Shown here: positions 34,265 through 44,559 of the stretch, piece after piece | Layout of the letters: each line of letters opens with the position of its first letter | Numbering within the stretch: the stretch's first letter is position 1 | DNA from: an uncultured Muribaculaceae bacterium | GTDB taxonomy: Bacteria; Bacillota_I; Bacilli_A; RF39; UBA660 | Assembly (NCBI GenBank): GCA_964587565.1 | Contig: CAZPLK010000003.1 | Location: 16,276 to 80,275, forward strand | Length of the DNA stretch: 64,000 nt | Direction: 5' to 3' | The notes under the pieces: model-generated | Databases searched by the model: none | Seen by the model: the letters and a program-made list of their open reading frames with translations, nothing else | What the model was told of the DNA's origin: nothing | Position numbers and translations under genes: made by a program

Positions 34265-36382
34265 ATGAAAAATAAAATATTAGAAATATTAAAACGTAAA
34301 GGTTCAGCACTTAATGTTAATGAATTAAACGATGAGTTAGGTTTAAATAGTGTTGATGAATTAAAAGATTTGATAAAGGAATTAACGATATTAGAAAAAC
34401 ATTACGAAATATACAGAACAAAAAAAAATAGATATATGTTATTTGATAACAGTCATTTAAGGGTTGGAAAGTTAGTAGTAAATAAAAAAGGTTTTGGTTT
34501 TGTTGATATTAATAGTGATGAAGATATATATGTGCATGGTTCGAATATGAACGGTGCTCTTCATGGGGATAAAGTTATAGTTGAATTAATTAATTATAAT
34601 CAAGTTAAACAAGAAGGACGTATTTTGAAAATAATAGATCGCCAGCTTGAAAATTTAGTGGGTGAATTTTATACTAAAAAAAATAAATCATTTGTAAAGT
34701 TAGATAACGATAAAATTAAAATCAAAATAGAAATAGATAAAAAAAATAGATTAGGAGCTATTGATGGCCATAAAGTATTAGTGAAAGTAACTAATAAAAT
34801 AAATGATAATTTATATCGTGGCCAAATAATTAAAATTATTGGTCATAAGAATGATCCAGGAACGGACATACTATCAATTGCCGCTAAATATAATATTAAT
34901 GATAAATTTTCAAAACAAACTATGAAAGAAGCGAATAATATAAAGCAAACAGTTACAGCCGATGAAATCAAAAACAGAAAAGATCTAAGAGAGAAAATAA
35001 TATTTACAATTGATGGCAACGATACTAAAGATATTGATGATGCTCTGTCACTAGAAATAAATAAAAATGGTAATTTTATTTTAGGCGTACACATAGCAGA
35101 TGTAAGTTATTATGTACATCAAAATAGTAAAATTGATGAGGAAGCTTATCACAGGGGGACGAGTGTCTATTTAGCTGATAGAGTTATTCCCATGCTTCCA
35201 CACTCTTTATCAAATGGGATTTGTTCATTAAATGAAGGTGAAGATAGATTAACTATTTCTTGCGTAATGGAAATTGATCATAAAGGAAGTGTTGTTAATT
35301 ATGACATTTTTGAAAGTGTTATTCGTTCTAAAAAACAAATGACTTATGATGAAGTAAATCAAATATTAGAAAAAGGAAACATACCTAGTGGATATGAGTC
35401 TTACATAAATATTATTAATAATATGAATAAACTATCTGAAAAGTTAAAAGCAAATAAAGATAATCGTGGTTTTATTGATTTTGAAATAGAGGAATCAAAA
35501 ATAATTGTAGATAAAAATGGCCAGGCAATTGATGTTGTTTTAAGAGAAAGAGGGCCAGGTGAAAAAATCATTGAAAATTTTATGATAGTAACAAATGAAA
35601 CGGTAGCATCTGCTATTTATTATATGGAATTACCGTTTTTATATAGAGTTCACGGAAAACCCAAAGAGGAAAAAATAGAAACGTTTTTAGAATTTTTGAA
35701 AATATTAGGATATAAAGTTCATTTAAAAGTTAAACAATATAATTCAAAAACCGTTCAAGATATATTAGATTATTTAAAAGAAAAAAAAGAGTTTCCTATT
35801 CTTTCAAGATTAATGCTTCGCAGTATGCAAAAAGCATATTATGATAAAGATAATATTGGTCATTTTGGTATAGCTAGTGAATGTTATACACATTTTACAG
35901 CACCAATTAGAAGATATCCAGATATAACAGTTCATAGGTTGTTAAAAACTTATTTAATAAATAAAAAATTTGATACCAATACTATTAATTATTGGGATAG
36001 AACTTTAGTATACTTAGGTGAACATACTTCTGAAAAAGAAAGAGGTTCAATTGAGTGTGAAAGGGAAGTGTCTGATATGAAAAAAGCTGAATACATGATG
36101 GAACATATTGGTGAAAAATTCACTGGTATGATTAGTAGTGTTATGAGTTTTGGTTTGTTTATTGAACTACCCAATTTAATAGAGGGATTAGTACGAATTG
36201 AAGATTTAAAAGGAGATAAATATTACTTTGATGAAAAAACTTTTTCAATAAAAGGTTTTAAAAACAAACGAGGCTATATGTTGGGTGATAAAGTAGATGT
36301 AATAGTAAAAGGTGCTTCTAAGGAAGCTAGAACTGTTGATTTTATAATTGAATCACATTGTAAAAAAGATATAAATGATTAA
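34265..36382 (+). CDS. rnr: ribonuclease R (full length)
   Basis: N-terminal OB/cold-shock region, RNB motifs FTIDGNDTKDIDDALS and HFTAPIRRYPD, C-terminal S1 domain. Confidence 0.9.
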   Translation: MKNKILEILKRKGSALNVNELNDELGLNSVDELKDLIKELTILEKHYEIYRTKKNRYMLFDNSHLRVGKLVVNKKGFGFVDINSDEDIYVHGSNMNGALHGDKVIVELINYNQVKQEGRILKIIDRQLENLVGEFYTKKNKSFVKLDNDKIKIKIEIDKKNRLGAIDGHKVLVKVTNKINDNLYRGQIIKIIGHKNDPGTDILSIAAKYNINDKFSKQTMKEANNIKQTVTADEIKNRKDLREKIIFTIDGNDTKDIDDALSLEINKNGNFILGVHIADVSYYVHQNSKIDEEAYHRGTSVYLADRVIPMLPHSLSNGICSLNEGEDRLTISCVMEIDHKGSVVNYDIFESVIRSKKQMTYDEVNQILEKGNIPSGYESYINIINNMNKLSEKLKANKDNRGFIDFEIEESKIIVDKNGQAIDVVLRERGPGEKIIENFMIVTNETVASAIYYMELPFLYRVHGKPKEEKIETFLEFLKILGYKVHLKVKQYNSKTVQDILDYLKEKKEFPILSRLMLRSMQKAYYDKDNIGHFGIASECYTHFTAPIRRYPDITVHRLLKTYLINKKFDTNTINYWDRTLVYLGEHTSEKERGSIECEREVSDMKKAEYMMEHIGEKFTGMISSVMSFGLFIELPNLIEGLVRIEDLKGDKYYFDEKTFSIKGFKNKRGYMLGDKVDVIVKGASKEARTVDFIIESHCKKDIND

Positions 36383-36393
36383 CGGAGGCTAAA

Positions 36394-37932
36394 ATGGGTA
36401 GTAATTGTTCTGATGTTGATTTTATTAAAAAAAGAATGAAGATTAAAAAAACTTTTTCAAAAGGAACTTTAGAAGAGTTAATATATGTTCCAAAGAAAGT
36501 TTTACCAAAAGAGTTGGAAAATCGCCAAGATCTGCGTGATAAAGAAATTTTTACAATTGATGGTAAAAATGCTTGCGATTTAGACGATGCAATATCATTA
36601 GAAATAAATAATATTGGTAACTATGTTTTAGGTGTTCATATTTCTGATGTAAGTCACTATGTCAAGATGGACTCATCAGTTGAAAAGGATGCATACCAAA
36701 GAGGGATGAGTATATATTTAATTAATGATTGTATACCTATGTTGCCAAAGGAAATATCTAGCAATATTTGTTCATTAAAAGAAGGGGTAGATCGTTTAAC
36801 TATTACTTGTGAAATCGAACTTAATAAACAAGGTAATGTTGTTAGTGAAAAAATTTATAAGAGTGTTATTAATTCAAAAAAGAAAATGACATATGATGAT
36901 GTAAATGAAATTTTAGAAAACAAAAGTATAACTAAAGGTTATGAAAAATTTGTGAAAACTCTTACAAACAAGCAAGAGTTATCTCAATTAATTAGAAAAA
37001 ACAAAGAACAACGAGGAATAATAGAGTTCAATACTAAATCAACCAAATTTAAACTAGATAGTAACGGTAGAGTAGTTGATATAATGATGAAAGAATGTAG
37101 GGAAAGTGAAAAAATTATTGAAGACTTTATGATGTTAGCTAATGAAACAATTGCAAAACAATTCCAGGAAAATGAAATACCATTCTTATATAGAAGTCAT
37201 CCAATTCCTAATAAAAATGATGTAGAAAAGGTAATGGATTTATTATCGTTTATTGGATATGATATAAAAGAAGTTTATAATAATAATGATTATCAACTAG
37301 TTTTTCAAACTTTAATACAACAAATAAATAGTAGCCCAAATTATGAGGTACTTGTAAAATTATTAATAAGGTGTATGAAACGTGCTCAGTATTCACCTAT
37401 AAATGAAAAACACTTTGGAATAGGTAGTGAATGTTATACACATTTTACAGCACCAATTAGAAGATATCCAGATCTTATTGTCCATAGATTAGTTAAAAAA
37501 TACATAATTGAAAAAAATTATAATAATGTACTAGCAACTAATCTTGAAAAAAAATTACTAGAAGTAGGAAAGCATGCATCAACAAGAGAAGCAATCGCCA
37601 ATGAATGTGAACGTTTAATAATTAAGATGAAACAAGCAGAATATATGAAAAATTACATTGGTGAAACATTTTATGGGTATATTAGCAATATTACTAAAAA
37701 AGGTGTGTATGTTGAGTTGGAAAATTTAATTCAAGGCTTAATTGAAATAAACGAATTAAGTAATAAATTTGTGTACAATCCTAATTTTATTACATTAAAG
37801 TCAATAAATAGTGATTTACTATATAAAATTGGTTCTAAAGTAAAAATAGTTGTAAGTGGTGTAAGTTCTGATAAACAAACTATAAAATTTAAGTTAATTG
37901 ACGAAAAAGGATTAGTGAAAATATATAAATAG
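36394..37932 (+). CDS. RNase II/R-family exoribonuclease paralog lacking the N-terminal OB domains
   Basis: Starts just before the RNB domain (FTIDGKNACDLDDAIS, HFTAPIRRYPD) and keeps an S1-like C-terminus. Confidence 0.8.
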   Translation: MGSNCSDVDFIKKRMKIKKTFSKGTLEELIYVPKKVLPKELENRQDLRDKEIFTIDGKNACDLDDAISLEINNIGNYVLGVHISDVSHYVKMDSSVEKDAYQRGMSIYLINDCIPMLPKEISSNICSLKEGVDRLTITCEIELNKQGNVVSEKIYKSVINSKKKMTYDDVNEILENKSITKGYEKFVKTLTNKQELSQLIRKNKEQRGIIEFNTKSTKFKLDSNGRVVDIMMKECRESEKIIEDFMMLANETIAKQFQENEIPFLYRSHPIPNKNDVEKVMDLLSFIGYDIKEVYNNNDYQLVFQTLIQQINSSPNYEVLVKLLIRCMKRAQYSPINEKHFGIGSECYTHFTAPIRRYPDLIVHRLVKKYIIEKNYNNVLATNLEKKLLEVGKHASTREAIANECERLIIKMKQAEYMKNYIGETFYGYISNITKKGVYVELENLIQGLIEINELSNKFVYNPNFITLKSINSDLLYKIGSKVKIVVSGVSSDKQTIKFKLIDEKGLVKIYK

Positions 37933-37938
37933 AAAAGG

Positions 37939-39045
37939 ATGCTTATGAGAAAAACAATAATATTAGTATTAATGTTTTTTGTTGTAAGTTGTAGCTATAA
38001 AAAAATAGTTATTCAAAATAAGATTAAAGAAGATAAAGATGAGTATACAGCTACATTAATTATGGCTGGTGATGCCTTAATACATGATGCAATATATAAT
38101 GATGCATATATAGGCCAAAACAAGTATGATTTCAACTATATCTTTAGTGAAATAGCTACTGTTGTAAAAAAACATGATTTAGCCTTTTATAATCAAGAAA
38201 CTATTATTGGTGGAAAAAATATGGGTTTATCTACATATCCGCGATTTAATTCTCCCGAAGAAATAGGTGACGCACTTATAAAAACGGGTTTTAATTTAAT
38301 AAGTTTAGCAAATAATCATAGTTTGGATAAAGGCGAAGAAGGAATTATTAATTCGATAAATTATTGGAATAAAAAGGAAGCGTTTATAAGTGGTACTTAT
38401 GACTCTTTTGAAAATAGGAATAAATATAATGTTAGGACAATAAATAATATTAGCTATACGCTTTTATCATATACAACATCTACTAATGGCCTTAAAGTAC
38501 CGGAGGGGCGAGAATATTTGTTAAATATATATGACCCAGAAATAGTTAAAAATGATATTGAAAAATATAAAAATAAAGTAGATCTTATATTAGTATCCAT
38601 GCATTGGGGTGAAGAATATAATCATGAGCCTAATACTCAACAAAAGAAAATTGCACAACATTTATCTGAATTAGGTGCAAATATAGTAATTGGTCATCAC
38701 CCACATGTAATACAACCTATTGAATATATAAATAACACATTAGTTGTATATTCATTGGGTAATTTTATATCAGCTCAAATAGGTCTTAATAAATTAATTG
38801 GTTTAATAGTTTCATTAGATATTGTTAAACAAAATATAAATAATTCAACCATAATTAGTATTGAAAATATTAAAAGTGAGTTAATATATACTTATTATAA
38901 AGATTTTAAAAATTTCAAATTAATTCCATATAATAAATTAAACGATAATATTTTGAATGATTATAAAAATAAATTAAATTATTATAATAGTTTAGTAACT
39001 AAAAATTACAATAAAATAAATACCAATCAAATATTTAAGGAGTGA
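37939..39045 (+). CDS. CapA-family (PGA_cap metallophosphatase-like) lipoprotein
   Basis: Lipobox VVSC. Motifs MAGDALIHD, ANNHSLDKG, SMHWGEEY, GHHPHVIQP, YSLGNFIS. Confidence 0.7.
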   Translation: MLMRKTIILVLMFFVVSCSYKKIVIQNKIKEDKDEYTATLIMAGDALIHDAIYNDAYIGQNKYDFNYIFSEIATVVKKHDLAFYNQETIIGGKNMGLSTYPRFNSPEEIGDALIKTGFNLISLANNHSLDKGEEGIINSINYWNKKEAFISGTYDSFENRNKYNVRTINNISYTLLSYTTSTNGLKVPEGREYLLNIYDPEIVKNDIEKYKNKVDLILVSMHWGEEYNHEPNTQQKKIAQHLSELGANIVIGHHPHVIQPIEYINNTLVVYSLGNFISAQIGLNKLIGLIVSLDIVKQNINNSTIISIENIKSELIYTYYKDFKNFKLIPYNKLNDNILNDYKNKLNYYNSLVTKNYNKINTNQIFKE

Positions 39046-39049
39046 TATA

Positions 39050-39496
39050 TTGTTTGAAATCAAAAATAGAGATGTACATTATAACTATGAAATATTAGAA
39101 ACGTATGAAGTAGGTATAGCTTTAAAAGGTACAGAAATAAAATCAATTAGGAATGGTGCTGTAAACTTAAAGGATAGTTATGCAATTATAAGAAGTAATG
39201 AATTGTATTTATTAAATATGCATATTGCACAGTATAAAAAAGGAAACATATTTAATCACGATGAAAGAAGAAGTAGGAAGCTATTAATGCATAAAAGGCA
39301 AATAATAAAATTAAATAATATAATTACAACCGAAAACTTAACTTTGGTCCCATTAAAAATGTACTTTAAAGGAAATAAAGTTAAAATATTATTAGGATTA
39401 GCAAAAGGTAAAAAAACTTATGATAAGCGCCAAACTATAAAAGAAAGGGATATAAAAAGAGAAATGGCCAAAGAGCAAAAAGAATTTTATAGATAA
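39050..39496 (+). CDS. smpB: SsrA-binding protein SmpB
   Basis: TTG start 8 nt after AAGGAG. YEILETYEVGIALKGTEIKSIRNG and a basic C-terminal tail. Confidence 0.85.
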   Translation: MFEIKNRDVHYNYEILETYEVGIALKGTEIKSIRNGAVNLKDSYAIIRSNELYLLNMHIAQYKKGNIFNHDERRSRKLLMHKRQIIKLNNIITTENLTLVPLKMYFKGNKVKILLGLAKGKKTYDKRQTIKERDIKREMAKEQKEFYR

Positions 39497-39569
39497 ATAA
39501 TAATGATTTTAGCCAACAATTAAAACTTCATTTAACATAAAATATTAAAATGTTAAACGAGGTGTATAT

Positions 39570-40076
39570 ATGAAAATGTTATGGGAAGATGCTTGTAATA
39601 TATTAAATAAAGACCCTGCTGCGAAAAATATTCTGCATGTTATACTGTTGTATCAAGGTTTTCATATTTTATTATTTCATAAAGTGAGTCATTTTTTATA
39701 CAAAAACAAATTATATTTCTTAGCTAGATTAATATCGCAAATAGGTAGATTATTAACAGGAATTGAAATTCATCCAGGTGCAAAACTCGGTAGAAGATTA
39801 TTTATTGATCACGGTATGGGAGTAGTTATAGGGGAGACAGCAGTTGTTGGAAATAATTGTACTATTTATCATGGTGTTACATTAGGCGGAACAAGCTGTG
39901 AAAGAATTAAGAGGCATCCTACATTGAAAGATAATGTAATAGTTGGATGTGGTGCGCAAATAATTGGTAATATTGTTATAGGGAATAATGTTAAAATTGG
40001 AGCAAATACAGTTGTTTTAGAAAATATTCCAGATAATTCAACAGTTGTAGGAATAAAAGGTCAAATTATAAAATAA
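39570..40076 (+). CDS. cysE: serine O-acetyltransferase
   Basis: [41 protein letters not shown] hexapeptide-repeat core. Confidence 0.8.
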   Translation: MKMLWEDACNILNKDPAAKNILHVILLYQGFHILLFHKVSHFLYKNKLYFLARLISQIGRLLTGIEIHPGAKLGRRLFIDHGMGVVIGETAVVGNNCTIYHGVTLGGTSCERIKRHPTLKDNVIVGCGAQIIGNIVIGNNVKIGANTVVLENIPDNSTVVGIKGQIIK

Positions 40077-40082
40077 AAAAAG

Positions 40083-40111
40083 TTTACAAAAATATAGAAT
40101 GATGCTATAAT
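40083..40111 (+). promoter_or_regulatory. ssrA promoter
   Basis: TTTACA, 17-nt spacer, TGcTATAAT. The -10 element ends 8 nt before the tmRNA 5' end. Confidence 0.6.
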
Positions 40112-40119
40112 TTAATTAT

Positions 40120-40458
40120 GGGGCTGCCTGGTTTCGACAGGAATATAAGAGTTTAAGTGGCAAGCCGAAGGTACTCGTTAAGTACAAATTAAAAATAACT
40201 GGAAACAGAACACAATTAGCTTTCGCTTAATTTAAAATGTGAAAGGCTTCTATTATTCTTTACTCATGAGAATTTTAGAGGTTCGATTTAATGAGTTATA
40301 TTATTATTTTGCCCTAAAATAATAATGAAATTAAAGGGCTAACTAATTAATTGTTTGTTAATTGTCAATTAATTAGGACACACTACAATTGACTAAGCTT
40401 GTAGAAGCTTAAACCACTGTATTTTTGGACAGGGGTTCGACTCCCCTCAGCTCCACCA
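40120..40458 (+). ncRNA. ssrA: tmRNA (SsrA)
   Basis: 5' GGGGCTGCCTGGTTTCGACAG and 3' GGACAGGGGTTCGACTCCCCTCAGCTCCACCA form the tRNA-like domain. The internal tag frame ends ..GNRTQLAFA-TAA. Confidence 0.9.
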
Positions 40459-40471
40459 TTATAAAAATAAT

Positions 40472-40495
40472 ACCTTGTAAAACAAGGTTTTTTTA
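40472..40495 (+). terminator. ssrA terminator
   Basis: ACCTTGT-AAA-ACAAGGT followed by TTTTTTT. Confidence 0.75.
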
Positions 40496-40624
40496 ATAAA
40501 TATTTTTTAATTTGGGCAATAATAAATATAAAATGATTTACGTAAATAACTTGAAGTTTGAATGTAAATGATTGAAAATTCAAAAGTAGAAATGATATAA
40601 TTGTTTTAAATAGGAGAGATTATA

Positions 40625-41443
40625 ATGTTTGATAGGGGTACGCAATTAAAAGGTTATATTCAAAGGGAATTGAAAAAAGTTCCTATGCATTCTAATTATG
40701 GATATAATTATTATTTTTGTAGAAGTTTTTTAGAACGGCTTTATAAAAATAGCGAAAGATTTGTTTTAAAGGGTAGTTTTTCGCAATTGTGCACATTAAA
40801 AAAATTTACAAGACCAATTACTGATATTGATATAGTTACATCTAATAACATTCACAAAGCTGATAAAATAATTAATGATACATTGAAAGAAGAAAGTAAA
40901 ATAAGATTTGAAATTAAACAGCGCTTTGAAACAACTAACTCAACAATTAATTATCGCGTTCTTTGTATATTTGACACTATAGAGCATTTAATAAATTTTG
41001 ATTTACGAAAAGAAGAAATATTAGATTTTGAAAAAACCAAAATGCCTGAAGTTTTTACAAAAGATAAATTATTTGATGTTTCAACAATTTCGCTAGAAGA
41101 ACATCTCTCTAATAAATTATATGTTTGTTTCCTTAATTTGCAGTTATACAACAAAACTGGTAAACAGTTTAGAAGGTTTAAAGACTTCTATGATATATAT
41201 TCCATACTAAATTATGGAGATATTGATGTTAGTAAAGCAAGGGATTTACTTATAGAGAAGGTTAAATGTGATGATTTGTTAAAAAAATATGAAATAAAAG
41301 GTGCGCTGTTTACAGATGAATTTGTAAATCAAAATGTTAACAATTGGGCCAAAGATAGTAAAAAATATGAATTTAATAAAGATGTATCATTTGATGATGC
41401 TATAGAAATAACGAATGAAATAATAATAGGAAAAATTAAATAA
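40625..41443 (+). CDS. AbiEii/AbiGii-family nucleotidyltransferase toxin-like protein (DUF1814 class)
   Basis: FLERLYKNSERFVLKGSFSQ...RPITDIDIV and the later EEHLSNKLYVCF...RFKDFYDIY match the family pattern as I remember it. Confidence 0.6.
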   Translation: MFDRGTQLKGYIQRELKKVPMHSNYGYNYYFCRSFLERLYKNSERFVLKGSFSQLCTLKKFTRPITDIDIVTSNNIHKADKIINDTLKEESKIRFEIKQRFETTNSTINYRVLCIFDTIEHLINFDLRKEEILDFEKTKMPEVFTKDKLFDVSTISLEEHLSNKLYVCFLNLQLYNKTGKQFRRFKDFYDIYSILNYGDIDVSKARDLLIEKVKCDDLLKKYEIKGALFTDEFVNQNVNNWAKDSKKYEFNKDVSFDDAIEITNEIIIGKIK

Positions 41444-41456
41444 GTAGAGTGATAAT

Positions 41457-41696
41457 ATGAACGAAGAACAATATAATAAAATTAAAAATGTTTCTTTTAA
41501 TGAATCGCATTATACAATGCATTTACTGAGAAATATAATAAATATAGATTTAGCAAGTGATGGTTTTGAAAATGAAATAATAATAAATGAATGTTTAAAG
41601 AAATTTGCAAACATATTAAAGGAAATAGAACATTTATCGGTTATCAAAGAAAATGTAATAGAAAAAAAGAAAGTTGAACATATAAAAAAAAGGTGA
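41457..41696 (+). CDS. hypothetical small protein (79 aa)
   Basis: ORF 13 nt after the AbiEii-like gene. Helical and charged, no motif. Confidence 0.3.
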   Translation: MNEEQYNKIKNVSFNESHYTMHLLRNIINIDLASDGFENEIIINECLKKFANILKEIEHLSVIKENVIEKKKVEHIKKR

Positions 41697-41700
41697 AAAT

Positions 41701-41964
41701 GTGAATAATAACATTAGTGAGTTGAAGGCTATATTAGAAAAAGAAAAACAATTGTTTGAAAAACTTAAACATGAAATTAATTATTTAAAAACATTAGGAC
41801 ATAAAAAAGATGGGGAATACGAATTGTTTAATTATTTAAAAGAAGTTAACAAATTAAATATAGAAGTAGAAAGTTTTATTCGTTATTATAATAGTAAAAA
41901 CAAAATTTTAAATGATATAGTTGAACGAGAAGAATTAAAGCAATCTTTTAAAATAATCAAATAA
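41701..41964 (+). CDS. hypothetical small coiled-coil protein (87 aa)
   Basis: GTG start 4 nt after the previous stop. Followed by a hairpin. Confidence 0.3.
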   Translation: MNNNISELKAILEKEKQLFEKLKHEINYLKTLGHKKDGEYELFNYLKEVNKLNIEVESFIRYYNSKNKILNDIVEREELKQSFKIIK

Positions 41965-41988
41965 ATTGTGGTTTAAAAGCCACAATTT
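41963..41988 (+). terminator. hairpin closing the three-gene unit
   Basis: AAATTGTGG-N8-CCACAATTT, with a T-poor tail. Confidence 0.45.
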
Positions 41989-41994
41989 ATCATT

Positions 41995-42023
41995 TTGACA
42001 AAAATAATTGTTAGTGCTATAAT
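41995..42023 (+). promoter_or_regulatory. engB promoter
   Basis: TTGACA, 17-nt spacer, TGcTATAAT. Confidence 0.6.
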
Positions 42024-42054
42024 TGTAAAGCAATGAAAAATTAAAGGTGGTTTT

Positions 42055-42636
42055 ATGAAAATAAAAAATGTGGATTTAGTTATAAGTGCAGTTAGAAGAA
42101 GCCAATATCCAACAGATGAATTACCAGAATTTTTATTGGTTGGTAGATCTAATGTTGGTAAAAGTAGTTTTATTAATACGATAATAAATCGTAAAAGCTA
42201 TGCACGTACTTCATCGACTCCTGGTAAAACACAAACAATTAACTTTTATTTAGTAAATGAGAAGTTTTATTTAGTTGATGCCCCAGGATATGGATATGCA
42301 AAGTTATCCAAAAAACATCAAAAGAAGTTTGGCTTAATGATGGAAGATTATTTAACGAATCGCTCACCATTAAAACAAGTATTTATGTTGATTGATTTTA
42401 GACATAAACCAACAAGTGATGATATTATGATGTATAATTTTTTAAAACATTATAAAATACCTGTTACCATAGTAGCGACAAAAGCGGATAAAATAGGGAT
42501 TACATCCCATCAAAAACAGCGCAATTTAATTTTAGATGAATTAGATTTAGTACTTGGTGATGATTTTATTGTTTTCTCCAATGTAACAAAAACTGGACGT
42601 GATGAAATTTATAATAAAATCGAAAGAATAATATAA
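42055..42636 (+). CDS. engB: ribosome biogenesis GTPase EngB/YsxC
   Basis: G1 GRSNVGKSS, G3 DAPGYG, G4 TKADK. Confidence 0.85.
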   Translation: MKIKNVDLVISAVRRSQYPTDELPEFLLVGRSNVGKSSFINTIINRKSYARTSSTPGKTQTINFYLVNEKFYLVDAPGYGYAKLSKKHQKKFGLMMEDYLTNRSPLKQVFMLIDFRHKPTSDDIMMYNFLKHYKIPVTIVATKADKIGITSHQKQRNLILDELDLVLGDDFIVFSNVTKTGRDEIYNKIERII

Positions 42637-42683
42637 TTTATATCACAAATTAAATTACTTCATAAAATAATTTAGGTGATATA

Positions 42684-43169
42684 TTGAAAATAAATATTGT
42701 AAACAATGATATAATTATATATTTAAATAAATATTATTATAAAATTTTTGATATAGATAATATTTATGAATTAGAAGAGTATCTTAGCAAGATACTCTTT
42801 AGAATAAAAAGGGATTTTAAAATAGATGTTAATAGTTATTTTAAAATGGAAATAATATATGATAAAATTTATGGATTTATATTAATTATGAAGAAACAAA
42901 ATGCGGAATATTTTGAAATGTTAAACGGTCTGGAACTAGATTTTTCAACTATTAAAATGATACCAAATTTATATGAGTTAAGTGATTATTTTATGGTTGA
43001 TAAAAATATAATCGCAAATTCGAATATTTATGTTTATGATGGAAAGTTATATTTGAAGCTTAAAAAAAACATTAATGATTTTCAAATGGGTTTGTTGCTG
43101 GAAGTTAGTAATATAATTTTTGGTGAAAAATCAGAAAACATAATTAAAAATGGTAATAAAATTTTTTAA
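42684..43169 (+). CDS. hypothetical protein (161 aa)
   Basis: TTG start, no motif recognised. Sits between engB and der. Confidence 0.3.
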   Translation: MKINIVNNDIIIYLNKYYYKIFDIDNIYELEEYLSKILFRIKRDFKIDVNSYFKMEIIYDKIYGFILIMKKQNAEYFEMLNGLELDFSTIKMIPNLYELSDYFMVDKNIIANSNIYVYDGKLYLKLKKNINDFQMGLLLEVSNIIFGEKSENIIKNGNKIF

Positions 43170-43199
43170 ATAAATTGTAGTTATTAAAGGAGGTGCTAT

Positions 43200-44513
43200 A
43201 TGAAAAAACCTATAATAGCATTAGTGGGGAGGCCAAATGTAGGTAAATCAACTTTGTTTAATCGCATTGTTGGGAAAAAAATATCTATTATTGAAGATGT
43301 CCCTGGAATAACAAGGGACCGTATATATTCTCTTGCTAATTTTTTAGATTATCAATTTTATTTAATTGACACTGGAGGAATTGATGATTCCAAAGAGGAA
43401 TATAATGATATTATAAAAATGCAAGCGGAGTTAGCAATTGATGAAGCTGATATTGTTTTTTTTATAGTAGATGGTAAACAAGGGTTAATGCCAAATGATC
43501 ATTTGATTAAAGATATATTATTAAAATCCGCAAAAAAGGTATATGTAGTAATAAATAAAAGTGACACAAGAGAATTTAAGCAAAATGAATATGATTTTTA
43601 TGCTCTTGGATTTGATAAATATTTCCCAGTTAGCGGAGAACAAAATAGTGGTATATATGATTTATTAGAAGATGTCACACGTGATTTTACAAAACAAAAT
43701 ATTAACGTAGAAGATAATGCTTTACGCTTTTCAGTAATTGGCCGTCCAAATGTAGGTAAAAGTAGTTTGGTTAATGCACTTTTAAACGAAGAAAGGGTAC
43801 TTGTTAGTGACGAGGCTGGTACAACAAGAGATGCTATTGATACCCCGTTTACATACCATGGGCAAGAATTTGTTGTAATTGATACTGCAGGTATGAGAAG
43901 GCGTGGAAAAATATATGAAAATGTTGAGAAATACAGTTTATTACGCGCTTTAAAAGCAATTGATAGAAGTGATGTATGTTTAGTTGTGTTGAATGCTGAA
44001 GAGGGTATAATCGAGCATGATAAAAGAATTATGGGGTATGCAATTGAAGCAGGTAAAGGAATTGTCATCGTTGTTAACAAATGGGATACTATTGAAAGAA
44101 CAGAAGACACAATGCGCAAATTTACACAAGATATACGCAATAATTTTCAGTTCGCGCCATACGCTCCAATAGTATATTTATCTGCTCTTACCAAAAGAAG
44201 ATTACATACATTAATGCCAGAAATAATTAAGGTGTACAATAATAGTAAAAAAGAAATCAAAACTAGTTTGTTAAATGACGTATTACATGAAGCTTATTAT
44301 TTAAATCCACCTCCTTCTTATAAAGGTAAAAAGTTAAAAATATATTTTTCTAATCAAGTAAGTAGTAAACCACCAACTTTTAATATTCAAGTTAATAATA
44401 GGGGATTAATTCATTTTTCATATAAGCGTTATATAGAAAATAAGTTGAGGGAATCATTTGATTTTGAAGGAACACCTATTGTTCTTCAATTTAAAAATAA
44501 AGGTGAGGAGTAA
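43200..44513 (+). CDS. der: ribosome biogenesis GTPase Der/EngA
   Basis: Two GTPase domains (GRPNVGKST..DTGG..NKSD and GRPNVGKSS..DTAG..NKWD) plus a KH-like C-terminus. Confidence 0.9.
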   Translation: MKKPIIALVGRPNVGKSTLFNRIVGKKISIIEDVPGITRDRIYSLANFLDYQFYLIDTGGIDDSKEEYNDIIKMQAELAIDEADIVFFIVDGKQGLMPNDHLIKDILLKSAKKVYVVINKSDTREFKQNEYDFYALGFDKYFPVSGEQNSGIYDLLEDVTRDFTKQNINVEDNALRFSVIGRPNVGKSSLVNALLNEERVLVSDEAGTTRDAIDTPFTYHGQEFVVIDTAGMRRRGKIYENVEKYSLLRALKAIDRSDVCLVVLNAEEGIIEHDKRIMGYAIEAGKGIVIVVNKWDTIERTEDTMRKFTQDIRNNFQFAPYAPIVYLSALTKRRLHTLMPEIIKVYNNSKKEIKTSLLNDVLHEAYYLNPPPSYKGKKLKIYFSNQVSSKPPTFNIQVNNRGLIHFSYKRYIENKLRESFDFEGTPIVLQFKNKGEE

Positions 44514-44559
44514 TAACATATAAAAATCTTTTACATATAATAATGTAGGAGGTTTTTTT

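Noticed and set aside
40383-40583. 66-aa minus-strand ORF
   Set aside because: It overlaps the 3' tRNA-like domain of tmRNA and its terminator, and the RNA gene explains the sequence.
43598-44140. 180-aa minus-strand ORF inside der
   Set aside because: It is fully antisense to an unmistakable EngA/Der gene, so it is spurious. The same applies to 32173-32619 (antisense to rmuC), 16303-16794 and 16700-16882 (antisense to tadC-like and the pilin gene). It also applies to the other short ORF-track entries nested in recognised genes.
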